Under the pieces are notes generated by a model, which had not been told where the DNA came from, made no database searches, and saw nothing but the letters and a program-made list of their open reading frames with translations. Of a stretch of 64,000 nucleotides of DNA, positions 12,177 through 21,272 are shown one piece after another. The DNA comes from an uncultured Pseudomonadota bacterium (GTDB taxonomy: Bacteria; Myxococcota_A; UBA796; SXON01), in assembly GCA_903875225.1 (NCBI GenBank), contig CAIQVJ010000041.1, forward strand, positions 18,113 through 82,112. The letters run 5' to 3'. Made by a program: the position numbers and the translations under genes. Each line of letters begins with the position of its first letter. Position 1 is the stretch's first letter.

Positions 12177-13898
12177 CTACCGCCCGAACGGGATGGTGAT
12201 GCTCAGCATCACGCCCTTCGTGCGCGTGTCGTACTCGGCCACGACGGGGATCCCCTTGTATTGAACCCCAAGCTGCGGATTCAGGGTGTTCTGTCCTGTC
12301 CCGAAGTCCTTCTTGTAGTGCGCGCCGGCGATCCAGGAGGTGTTCTCGTCGATCGGGCGAGCGGCCTGGACCGAGGTGTCGAGTTGGCTGGTGTTCTGTC
12401 CACCCCACGTGACCGCAGACTGCCACCGCACGTAGGTGCCGCGTAGCTCCTGCTCCACGAGGAGGCCGAACTTGCTCTGGTCGATGTCGGACTTGTAGCG
12501 GTAGTCCAGAAGATAGCTACGGAATTCACTCTTGCTCTTGAACCCGTAGAAGGCGCCCACCTCCCACAGCTTGGCATCTCCGGACTTGAACAGGAGATCG
12601 CCCCCGTATTGGGTCTCGCCGTCGGTCTTCTTGACCGAGCCGGAGAGCTGGTTGTTGCCGTTGCTCGCAAAGGTGGCATCGAGCTTCGCGGTGAGATCCG
12701 CCCGTGTGTAGCTCATCCCGACCTTGAGCTTGTCGGTCTCGGACATCCCGAAGGGCGTCTTGGTCGATTCGTGGGAGACGCCGACGTACCCGGACTTCGT
12801 GGCGCCGCCCGACGTCTCCTCGTGGGAGACGGTCTCGGAGAGGCTTCCGCTTCCATCGCTGTTCGTCTTCGAGGTCTTGTCGATCGTCAGCCCGCTGTCG
12901 GAGTACACGCTGCCCAGTCCGACGGAGAACACGCCGGTCCCGGCGTTGTACTCGAAGTCCCTGGTGTCGGTGATGTTGCCCTTCCTGCTCACGAGCTTCA
13001 CGCCGCCGATCGTGCCTTCGCCGCGCTTCTCGTTCACGCCCGCCGAGAGCTTGCCCGCGCCGGTGTCCATCACGCCGTTGAGCCCTGCGAAGGTCAAGCC
13101 CTTGCCGTCGAAGGTCGCATCGGCCTTCAAGGACCTGCCCTCACCGTTCATGGTGAGGTTGGCGTTCGCCGTGGTGCCCTTCTCGTCATGGCCCGCGCTC
13201 ACCGCGGCCAGCAGCGGCCCGCTCTCGTACGACAGCTTCGCCCGCACGCTCTGCAGCGACATCGCACGGATCTTGCCGAGCTTTGCCTCCACTTCGGCCG
13301 AGAGGCCCTTCCCCAGCGAGAACTTCTGCTTGAGCGTGGGGATGGCGACGTTCGCGAGGACGGCGCCGGCAGCAGCCAGCAGGGCGGTGAGCACGATGGT
13401 GCGCGGGTGCGCCCCCACCCACTGCGTGAGCGAGGCCGAGAGCCCCGCCCCGTTCTTCGCCATCCACTCGTCCACCAGGGGGTCGAGCTTGTCCTTGAGC
13501 AGCGTGCCCAGCGTCGTGAGCGCCTTGGGATCCGCAGTGACTCCGTCGAGGCTGCCAAGCTGCCCCACGATGCCTTCCAGCGCGCCGTCCACCGCCTTCC
13601 GGGCCGTCGCCGACAACTTGTCGTACGCGAGTTGCGGCGCCACCGCCTTGTACAATTCGCTGCCGAGGAACTCTCCGAGCGCTGCTTCGTAGTTCGACAG
13701 CCCGGCGTCTCCGGCATCCGCGCCCGGTCCGGCTTTCTCGTCTGCCTGCCCCGGCGCGGCTGTCGTGAGCGGGTCGAGGGCCCCCTGGGCGGCGTCGTTG
13801 CCGCGCACCTGGGCCACGGCGGGCGTGGCGACATCGGGCGCGGGCGCTGCAACGGTTGGCGCGGCGGAATTCGCAGACTGACGCTGAAGTCCGGCCAT
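12177..13898 (-). CDS. Hypothetical protein: helical N-terminal region, one hydrophobic helix, then a Gly/Ser/Thr/Lys-rich beta-type C-terminal half
   Basis: 573-aa ORF with good GC3. It has no N-terminal signal peptide. An internal hydrophobic helix is IVLTALLAAAGAVLANVAI. The C-terminus has alternating beta-like strands and ends ...SITIPFGR. Confidence 0.7.
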   Translation of the reverse strand: MAGLQRQSANSAAPTVAAPAPDVATPAVAQVRGNDAAQGALDPLTTAAPGQADEKAGPGADAGDAGLSNYEAALGEFLGSELYKAVAPQLAYDKLSATARKAVDGALEGIVGQLGSLDGVTADPKALTTLGTLLKDKLDPLVDEWMAKNGAGLSASLTQWVGAHPRTIVLTALLAAAGAVLANVAIPTLKQKFSLGKGLSAEVEAKLGKIRAMSLQSVRAKLSYESGPLLAAVSAGHDEKGTTANANLTMNGEGRSLKADATFDGKGLTFAGLNGVMDTGAGKLSAGVNEKRGEGTIGGVKLVSRKGNITDTRDFEYNAGTGVFSVGLGSVYSDSGLTIDKTSKTNSDGSGSLSETVSHEETSGGATKSGYVGVSHESTKTPFGMSETDKLKVGMSYTRADLTAKLDATFASNGNNQLSGSVKKTDGETQYGGDLLFKSGDAKLWEVGAFYGFKSKSEFRSYLLDYRYKSDIDQSKFGLLVEQELRGTYVRWQSAVTWGGQNTSQLDTSVQAARPIDENTSWIAGAHYKKDFGTGQNTLNPQLGVQYKGIPVVAEYDTRTKGVMLSITIPFGR

Positions 13899-13919
13899 GG
13901 GCAGCCCTCGGAGGGGTCG

Positions 13920-13948
13920 AGTATACCGGATCGCATCGCCGGTGTCCT
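13920..13948 (-). promoter_or_regulatory. Candidate sigma-70-type promoter for 12177-13898 (AGGACA-N17-TATACT)
   Basis: On the minus strand the -35 AGGACA lies at 13948-13943 and the -10 TATACT at 13925-13920, with a 17-nt spacer. A GAGGG Shine-Dalgarno precedes the ATG at 13898. Confidence 0.35.
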
Positions 13949-13992
13949 GTTTGCGGCGAGACGGGGCCGGTCACCACCATCCGTCTTTCTGT

Positions 13993-14009
13993 ACTGAACA
14001 TCTGTGCAA
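13993..14009 (-). promoter_or_regulatory. LexA (SOS) box-like motif upstream of the tandem uvrA-like gene
   Basis: The minus strand reads TTGCACAGATGTTCAGT, which matches 13 of 17 positions of the Myxococcus xanthus LexA consensus CTRHAMRYBYGTTCAGS. It lies 30 nt upstream of the ATG at 14039. Confidence 0.4.
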
Positions 14010-14038
14010 AACGCCAGGGGTCGCGTTACCGGCGCCCG

Positions 14039-17000
14039 ATGGCTGACCGTCTCACCGTCCGCAACGCCCGCGAGCACAATCTGCGGGGGATTTCCCTCGA
14101 CCTTCCTCGCGACTCCCTCGTCGTGATCACCGGTGTCTCCGGCTCCGGCAAGTCCTCGCTCGCGTTCGACACCATCTACCAGGAGGGTCAGCGCCGGTTC
14201 ATGGAATCGCTCTCCCCCTATGCGCGGCAGTTCCTCGGCCAGATGGAGCGCCCGAAGGTGGATCGCGTGGAGGGGCTCTCCCCCACGCTCTCGATCGACC
14301 AGAAGACGGTGAACCGCAACCCCCGATCGACGGTGGGGACGGTCACCGAGGTGTACGACCACCTGCGGCTCCTGTTCGCGCGTCTGGGCACGCCGCACTG
14401 CCCGAAGTGCGACCGCACGATCTCCCGCCAGAGCCCGGGCGAGCTTGCGGACCGCTGGCTCCGGGACCATGCTGGGGAGCGCATCCTGGTGCTCGCGCCG
14501 ATGGTGCGCGACCGCAAGGGCGAGTACCGCGAGGAGTGGGACCACTGGCGCAAGGAGGGCTGGCTCCGGGCCCGGGTGGACGGCGAGGTGCGCCTGATCG
14601 AGGAGCCGCTCGAGATCGCGCGGTACGAGAAGCACACGCTCGAACTGGTGGTGGACCGCCTCGTGTGCCTCACCCAGGATCGAGCCCGGCTGGTGGAGTC
14701 GATCGAGCGCGCATTGCGGCTCGCGGAGGGCGTCGTCTGCCTGCTCGTCCCCGCGCACGGGGACAAGCCCGAGCAGCACTCCGTGCACGCGGTCGACCGG
14801 GCCTGCCCCGAGCATGGGATCTCGGTCTCCGAGCTCGAGCCCCGGCTGTTTTCGTTCAATGCGCCGCAGGGGGCCTGCCCCACGTGCACCGGGATCGGCG
14901 AGGTGGTCACGGTTCGCGGGCTGACGATGCCTGCTCCGTCGGACAGTGACCCTGCAGCGCGACGAACATGCCCGGACTGCAGTGGGCGGCGGTTGAACCC
15001 GGTCGCGCTGGCCGTGGAGTTTCGTGGCCAGCACATCGACGAGGCCGCACGCATGAGCGTGAGGGACGCCAACGTGTTCTTCTCGTCCGTGGTGCTGGAG
15101 GGCTCGGAGATCCTGCTCGGGGAGGGGATCGTCAAGGAGATCCGCGACCGGATGCGGTTCCTCGATCAGGTGGGCCTGGGCTACCTGACGTTGGACCGCC
15201 GGGCCAACACGCTCTCCGGCGGTGAGGCACAGCGCATCCGGCTCGCCGCGTGTGTCGGCAGCGGACTGCAGGGGGTGACCTACGTACTGGACGAGCCCAG
15301 CATCGGGCTGCACCCGCGGGACAATCGTCGTCTGTTGGGCGCGTTGGGCGTGTTGAGGGACCAGGGGAACACGCTGCTCATCGTGGAGCACGACCGCGAG
15401 ACGATGGAGATGGCCGATCACCTCGTCGACATCGGGCCCGGAGCGGGGATCCTCGGCGGCTGGCTGATGGGCTCCGGCCCACCTGGCAGCTTTCTCACGG
15501 TCGACTCGCCTACGGCCCGGTACCTGCGGGGCGAGGAGGTGATCCCCATGCCTCTACGCCTGCGCACCGCCACGACCGTCGGTCGGGGGGAGCTGCAGAT
15601 CAAGGGCGCGCGGATGCACAACCTGCGCGGCCAGGCGGTGAAGATCCCCCTCGGGTGCCTCACCGTGCTCACCGGGGTCTCGGGCTCCGGCAAGTCGACC
15701 CTGATGTTCGACGTGCTGCAGGCCCACCTCGAAGGCAGGGCCACGGAGGCCTGCGGCGTGCTGACGACGACGGGGCTGATGCCGGACAAGGTCATCGAGA
15801 TCGCGCAGACGCCGATCGGGCGCACGCCGCGCTCCAACCCGGGTACCTACTCGGGGACGTGGGACCTGATCCGGGACCTCTACGCCGAGCTCCCCGAGTC
15901 ACGCGCTCGCGGCTACAAGAAGGGCCAGTTCAGCTTCAACGTCGCGGGCGGGCGCTGCGACACGTGTGAGGGTGCCGGAGTTCGCACCATCGCCATGCAT
16001 TTTCTCGCAGACGTCGAGATCCCGTGCGAGACCTGCAACTCCCGGCGGTTCAACGCCCAGACGCTCGAGATCCTCTACCGCGGGAAGTCCATCGCGGACG
16101 TGCTGGAGATGCAGATCGCCGAGGCCGTCGAGTTCTGGTCCAACAACCCGAAGATCCACCGGATCCTCTCGACGCTCCACCAGGTCGGCCTCGGGTACAT
16201 CACCCTCGGGCAGCGCGCGACCACGCTCTCGGGCGGGGAGGCCCAGCGCCTCAAGCTGGCGACGGAGCTCCAGCGCCCGGCCACGGGGAACACGGTGTAC
16301 CTGCTCGACGAGCCGACCACCGGGCTGCACTTCTCCGACGTGCGCGTGCTGATCGGCGCGCTCCAGTTGCTCGTCGACGCCGGCAACACGATGGTGGTGA
16401 TCGAGCACAACACCGACGTGGTCAAGGTGGCCGACCACCTGATCGAAGTAGGTCCGGAGGGCGGGGTGGCGGGGGGCCACATCCTCGCGATGGGTCCGCC
16501 CGCGAAGGTGGCCAGGACCGATACGCCGACGGGCATCGTGCTGCGCGCCCTGCCGGAGTTCGGCGGCCAGCCCGTGGGGTTCGCGGCCGAGCGGCCCGGT
16601 CCGGCCCGCCTCGCACCCAGCCACGACCTGGTGATCCGCGGGGCTCGCTGCCACAACCTGCGTGGCGTGAACGTCACCATCCCGCGCGGCAGGATGACGG
16701 TGATCACCGGACCCTCCGGTTCGGGAAAGACGTCGCTCGCCTTCGACACGATCTTCGCCGAGGGCCAGCGGCGCTACGTCGAGAGCCTGTCGACCTACGC
16801 GCGCCGGTTCCTCGGCAGGCTCGAGCGGGCGCCCATCGACAGCATCTCCGGGCTTGCCCCCGCCATCGCGATCGACCAGCGCACGTCTGGCGGCAGCGGG
16901 CGCAGCACCGTCGCCACGGTCACCGAGCTTCAGGACCATTTCCGGTTGCTCTGGGCAAACCTCGGGGTCCCGCATTGCCCCACCTGCGACCGCGTGATCC

Positions 17001-19069
17001 ACGCGCGCCCGCCGGTGCAGGCCGCCGAGTACATCGCTTCGGCGACGCCCGGCCCCGGCTGGCTCCTGTGTGCGCTGTCCGAGCCCCAGCCCGCGGCCGA
17101 CCTCCGAAAGGCCGGCTTCGCGCGAGGATACGACGGTCGAAAGGGAGACTACGAGCTCACGGATCAGCCGAAGGTGACCACCCTGGTGCTGGATCGGCTG
17201 GACCCTGCGACGGTCGAGCGCAGCCGCCTCGTCGAAGCCATCACCACCGCCTACCGCTACGGCGCGAATCGCGCGTGGTTCCAGCCGCGCGGGGCCGGCA
17301 GGGGGGCTCACCCCGACCCCCTGCCCGTCAGCGCGCTTGCCCGTTGCCCCGAGCACGGCCTCGTCCACAAGTCGCTGCTCACGCCGCGGCACTTCAGCTT
17401 CAACCACTACCTCGGCGCCTGCACGACGTGCGACGGCATGGGCCGCATCGAGATCAAGGGGCAGATCTGGCTCTGCAAGAAGTGCTCAGGATCGAGGCTG
17501 AAGCCGGAGATCATGGCGGTCCGCTTCGGGGGCGGGAGGTCGGCCCCTGCGGGCCTCCACACGGTCTCGGCGTGCACGGTCTCCGAGGCCCGGGGCTGGT
17601 TCGACGGCCTGGAGCTTGCGCCCAACGATGCGCTGGTCGCCGCGCAGCCGTTGCGGGAGATCCGGGCTCGACTGCGGTTCCTGGAGGATGTGGGCGTCGG
17701 GTACCTGAACCTGGATCGAGGCGGAAACACGGTCTCCGGCGGTGAGGCCCAGCGGATCCGTCTGGCCACCCAGCTTGGGGGTGGGCTCACCGGCGTGATC
17801 TACGTGCTGGACGAGCCCACCGTGGGGCTGCACCCGCGGGACACGGCGCGCCTGCTCGGCACGCTCGAAGGGCTCCGCGCGCTCGACAACACGCTGGTGA
17901 TCGTCGAGCACGACCCGGAGACCATCCGCCGGGCGGACCACGTGATCGATCTCGGACCGGAGGCCGGCGAGCGCGGCGGCCAGGTGCTCGCAGAAGGCCC
18001 CCCCATGTCCCTGCCCTCGTCGAGCGCTACCGGCCCCTGGCTGCGCGGCGAGCGCACGATCCCGTTGCCAGCCTTCCGACGGCCGGGCGGGCCCCCGATC
18101 CAGATCCGGAAGGCGAATCGACACAGCCTCGTGAACGTGGATGTGGACATTCCGACAGGCGCTTTCACCGTGGTGACAGGCGTGAGCGGATCCGGGAAGA
18201 GCACCCTGATCCTCGACCTGATGGTGGGGAAGCTGACCGGGGACGTCCGCCCGGTCGAGGTGACGATTCCCCAGCCCGACCCGCGGACCGTGCTGCAGCT
18301 CCAGGTGATCGACCAGACGCCGATCGGCCGGAGTCCGCGCTCCTCGGCCGCCACCTATGTGGGCGTGATGGACCCGCTGCGAAAGTTGTTCGCCCAGACG
18401 CCCGTGGCGCGGGAGCGGGGTTGGAGCCACAGCTACTTCACGGCGAACGGAGGCGAGGGTGCCTGTTCCGTCTGCAAGGGGTACGGCTCCGAGCAGGTGG
18501 AGATGCACTTCCTCTCCAACGTGTGGGTGAAGTGCGAGACCTGTCACGGGCGACGCTTCGCGCCCGAGACGTTGGATGCCCGCTGGAAGGGCCTGTCGAT
18601 CGCCGACGTGCTGGACCTTCGGGTGGACGACGCGATCGAGATCTTTGCGCAGCACAGGGCGATCCGGAGGGCGCTGGAGGGTTTGAACGCCGTTGGTCTT
18701 GGCTACGTGCGGTTGGGTCAGCCCGCGACGGACCTCTCGGGCGGAGAGGCGCAGCGGGTGAAGCTGGCGCTTGGTCTCGCGGATCGGTCCAACCCGACGA
18801 TCTACGTGCTCGACGAGCCCACCACCGGACGGCACTTGAGCGACATCGCGCGCCTCGTCACGGTGCTCGATCGCCTGGTGGATCACGGCCACACCGTCAT
18901 CGTCGTCGAGCACCACGTGGACATCATGCGGCACGCCGACCTGCTGATCGACATGGGCCCCGAGGCCGGACCGGGCGGGGGCCGGATCGTGGTCACGGGG
19001 ACGCCGGAGGAGGTCGCCCGGCACCCCACGAGCCATACGGCGGCGGCGCTGCGCGCGAGCGGGCTCTGA
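14039..19069 (+). CDS. Tandem-duplicated UvrA-like ABC ATPase (two UvrA units, four nucleotide-binding modules, in one polypeptide)
   Basis: ATG at 14039 gives MADRLTVRNAREHNLRGISL. There are four Walker A loops (GVSGSGKSS, GVSGSGKST, GPSGSGKTS, GVSGSGKST) and four (L/V)SGGEAQR signatures. The second unit starts near nt 16619 (SHDLVIRGARCHNLRG). Confidence 0.9.
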   Translation: MADRLTVRNAREHNLRGISLDLPRDSLVVITGVSGSGKSSLAFDTIYQEGQRRFMESLSPYARQFLGQMERPKVDRVEGLSPTLSIDQKTVNRNPRSTVGTVTEVYDHLRLLFARLGTPHCPKCDRTISRQSPGELADRWLRDHAGERILVLAPMVRDRKGEYREEWDHWRKEGWLRARVDGEVRLIEEPLEIARYEKHTLELVVDRLVCLTQDRARLVESIERALRLAEGVVCLLVPAHGDKPEQHSVHAVDRACPEHGISVSELEPRLFSFNAPQGACPTCTGIGEVVTVRGLTMPAPSDSDPAARRTCPDCSGRRLNPVALAVEFRGQHIDEAARMSVRDANVFFSSVVLEGSEILLGEGIVKEIRDRMRFLDQVGLGYLTLDRRANTLSGGEAQRIRLAACVGSGLQGVTYVLDEPSIGLHPRDNRRLLGALGVLRDQGNTLLIVEHDRETMEMADHLVDIGPGAGILGGWLMGSGPPGSFLTVDSPTARYLRGEEVIPMPLRLRTATTVGRGELQIKGARMHNLRGQAVKIPLGCLTVLTGVSGSGKSTLMFDVLQAHLEGRATEACGVLTTTGLMPDKVIEIAQTPIGRTPRSNPGTYSGTWDLIRDLYAELPESRARGYKKGQFSFNVAGGRCDTCEGAGVRTIAMHFLADVEIPCETCNSRRFNAQTLEILYRGKSIADVLEMQIAEAVEFWSNNPKIHRILSTLHQVGLGYITLGQRATTLSGGEAQRLKLATELQRPATGNTVYLLDEPTTGLHFSDVRVLIGALQLLVDAGNTMVVIEHNTDVVKVADHLIEVGPEGGVAGGHILAMGPPAKVARTDTPTGIVLRALPEFGGQPVGFAAERPGPARLAPSHDLVIRGARCHNLRGVNVTIPRGRMTVITGPSGSGKTSLAFDTIFAEGQRRYVESLSTYARRFLGRLERAPIDSISGLAPAIAIDQRTSGGSGRSTVATVTELQDHFRLLWANLGVPHCPTCDRVIHARPPVQAAEYIASATPGPGWLLCALSEPQPAADLRKAGFARGYDGRKGDYELTDQPKVTTLVLDRLDPATVERSRLVEAITTAYRYGANRAWFQPRGAGRGAHPDPLPVSALARCPEHGLVHKSLLTPRHFSFNHYLGACTTCDGMGRIEIKGQIWLCKKCSGSRLKPEIMAVRFGGGRSAPAGLHTVSACTVSEARGWFDGLELAPNDALVAAQPLREIRARLRFLEDVGVGYLNLDRGGNTVSGGEAQRIRLATQLGGGLTGVIYVLDEPTVGLHPRDTARLLGTLEGLRALDNTLVIVEHDPETIRRADHVIDLGPEAGERGGQVLAEGPPMSLPSSSATGPWLRGERTIPLPAFRRPGGPPIQIRKANRHSLVNVDVDIPTGAFTVVTGVSGSGKSTLILDLMVGKLTGDVRPVEVTIPQPDPRTVLQLQVIDQTPIGRSPRSSAATYVGVMDPLRKLFAQTPVARERGWSHSYFTANGGEGACSVCKGYGSEQVEMHFLSNVWVKCETCHGRRFAPETLDARWKGLSIADVLDLRVDDAIEIFAQHRAIRRALEGLNAVGLGYVRLGQPATDLSGGEAQRVKLALGLADRSNPTIYVLDEPTTGRHLSDIARLVTVLDRLVDHGHTVIVVEHHVDIMRHADLLIDMGPEAGPGGGRIVVTGTPEEVARHPTSHTAAALRASGL

Positions 19070-19100
19070 CGATGCCGCCCTCGACGGAGCGCCAGCCCTG

Positions 19101-19119
19101 CAGCGCTCCCCGAGCGCTG
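19101..19119 (+). terminator. GC-rich hairpin downstream of the uvrA-like gene (possible terminator, no U-tract)
   Basis: CAGCGCTC-ccc-GAGCGCTG forms an 8-bp stem with a 3-nt loop, 32 nt after the stop. An overlapping alternative stem is GGAGCGC/GCGCTCC at 19086-19109. Confidence 0.3.
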
Positions 19120-19190
19120 GGTCTGCCGAACGTCCCGCCGATCGTGGCCCGGAACAAGCGGTTAGCGATTGGGCAGATGCCCGCAGCCCG

Positions 19191-21272
19191 ATGAAGCCCC
19201 GACGCCTCGGCCCGTACTCGTTGCTGCGCAGCCTGTTCGCTGCGCGCAAGGGTGACGTGCGGGCGATGGAGGACGTCTACCACCTGCGCGGCGTGATGAC
19301 GGTCGCCGCCATGGTGTTCGCGACCGTGGGACTCCCCGGGTTGATGCTCGTGTACTACGGCATCGTGGGCATCCGGTCGGACGAGCTTGCGCTCGCTGCA
19401 GACGTCCGGCGGAGGTCGGAGGCGGCGGCGGCGGAGTTCAAGGCCGACCTCGAGGCGACCTTCGTCCAGTTCCAGAACGCCGCGCTCTCCCGCCTCACGT
19501 CCGGGCAGTCGGTCTACACCGGGCAGCGCGAGCTCGAGGACTCGCTCCGCGTCGTGTTCCGGTTCGACGCCGACGGCAAGCTGGAGCCCCCGTTCCTGCC
19601 CAGCAGCGTCGATCAGCTCGAGGACCAGCAGTTCCTGCTCTTCGACACCTGGCAGGAGGCATCGGCTGCCGAGCGGGAGGGACGCTGGGATCGCGCGGCC
19701 GGCCTCTATGCCCAGGCCGCGCGCGTCACGCACTCCAGGCGGGATCGGGCCCGATGCCTGTACAACCGTGCACGGGCGCTCGACCGGGCAGGCCAGAGTC
19801 GGGAGGCCGAGGCGATCTGGCAGCAGGAGATCGAGGAGCTCGGCCGGGATCTGTACGGGTTCCGCATCGGGGATCTGGCCCGGCTCGAGCTCGCGGAGTC
19901 CCGCCTGAAGCGCGACCCGGCCGGCGGGCAGGAAGACCTTCGCGGCCTCGCGGACGCGCTGCTCACCGACAACTGGGAGATCGGGCGGGGGGGCGAGGCC
20001 GCCGTGGCGCGCCGCGCGATCGAGCTCCTGCCGAGCAGCGACTGGACCGCGCGCGCTCGTGGGCGGGTGGACGAGCGCTCCTCCCAGCTCTACTGGGCGG
20101 AGCGCCTGCAGCCCGAGCTCGACTCGCTCGGCGCGAAGGGGCGCTTGCTTCGCGCCGGCGCCGGTGACTTCGTCTACCTCAAGACCGATTCTGCCCTGTG
20201 GGCGATGACGTGGACGGACAGCGATCAGTACGCCTTCGGGCTGGAGTTCAACCGGTTGCTTGCGCGGGAGCGTTTGGCTGCGGCGGCTGTCGGCGGACCG
20301 GACGGCGACATTCGCGCCGCGTTGGTGGAACCATCGGCTTCGACCACGGCCGACGTGCTGGCCCGGGCGTCGCTCGCGCCCTGGTTGCCGGACTGGTCGG
20401 TGGCCGTGGGTGCGCGGGACCCCGAGGGACTGGCCGCCCAGCAGACCGACCAGCGGCGACGCGGGATCGGGGTCATCCTGATCTCCATCGCCATGATCGC
20501 GCTCGGGCTGGTCCTGTCGACCCGGTTCGTGCGTCGGGAGCTCGAAGCCGCGCGGGACAAGTCGGACTTCGCGGCGCATGTTTCGCATGAGCTGCGGTCG
20601 CCGATCACCCAGATCCGGCTCAAGGCCGAGGCGCTGCAGCTTGGCCTGGCGACAGACGACGTGGCGCGCACCCGGCACTACGACGTGATCGTGCGCGAGT
20701 CGGAACGGCTCTCCCGGCTCGTGGACAACATCCTCGATTTTGCGGCGATCGAGAAGGGGAAGAAGAAGTACACGTTCCGGATCGGAGACGTCGGGCTCAC
20801 CGTCGCCCGTTGTGTGGAGCAGGCTGGCGTGGCGATGGAGACCAAGGGCATGAAGATCGACTTCGAGCTGCCCGACGATCTCCCCGTGATCTGGCACGAC
20901 GCCGACGCCGTCTCGCAGGTGATGATCAACCTTCTGTCGAACGCAGCGAAGTACGGGCAGCAGGCCGCCTGGATCGGGGTGAAGGTCTACGTGCGCGAGG
21001 GCGCGACGGGTCCGGAGATCTGCGTGGACGTGAGCGACCGCGGTATCGGCATCGCCGGCACCGAGCAGAAGGCGGTGTTCGATCAATACTACCGGTCGAC
21101 GGACCCGCTCGCCCGGAGCAAGAAGGGCACGGGGATCGGGCTCACGATCGTGCGGTACATCATGGAGGCCCACGGCGGGCGCGTCGGGATAGAGTCTGCC
21201 CCGGGTGTCGGCTCCACCTTCACCCTGCACTTCCCGCTCTCGTTCGTTCCGCCCTCCGGCCAAGGAACCTGA
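19191..21272 (+). CDS. Sensor histidine kinase with a large periplasmic domain
   Basis: Two TM segments flank a region of about 370 aa. H-box SHELRSP, N box NLLSNAAKY, and G boxes DRGIGI and GTGIGL. No obvious HAMP domain. Confidence 0.9.
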   Translation: MKPRRLGPYSLLRSLFAARKGDVRAMEDVYHLRGVMTVAAMVFATVGLPGLMLVYYGIVGIRSDELALAADVRRRSEAAAAEFKADLEATFVQFQNAALSRLTSGQSVYTGQRELEDSLRVVFRFDADGKLEPPFLPSSVDQLEDQQFLLFDTWQEASAAEREGRWDRAAGLYAQAARVTHSRRDRARCLYNRARALDRAGQSREAEAIWQQEIEELGRDLYGFRIGDLARLELAESRLKRDPAGGQEDLRGLADALLTDNWEIGRGGEAAVARRAIELLPSSDWTARARGRVDERSSQLYWAERLQPELDSLGAKGRLLRAGAGDFVYLKTDSALWAMTWTDSDQYAFGLEFNRLLARERLAAAAVGGPDGDIRAALVEPSASTTADVLARASLAPWLPDWSVAVGARDPEGLAAQQTDQRRRGIGVILISIAMIALGLVLSTRFVRRELEAARDKSDFAAHVSHELRSPITQIRLKAEALQLGLATDDVARTRHYDVIVRESERLSRLVDNILDFAAIEKGKKKYTFRIGDVGLTVARCVEQAGVAMETKGMKIDFELPDDLPVIWHDADAVSQVMINLLSNAAKYGQQAAWIGVKVYVREGATGPEICVDVSDRGIGIAGTEQKAVFDQYYRSTDPLARSKKGTGIGLTIVRYIMEAHGGRVGIESAPGVGSTFTLHFPLSFVPPSGQGT

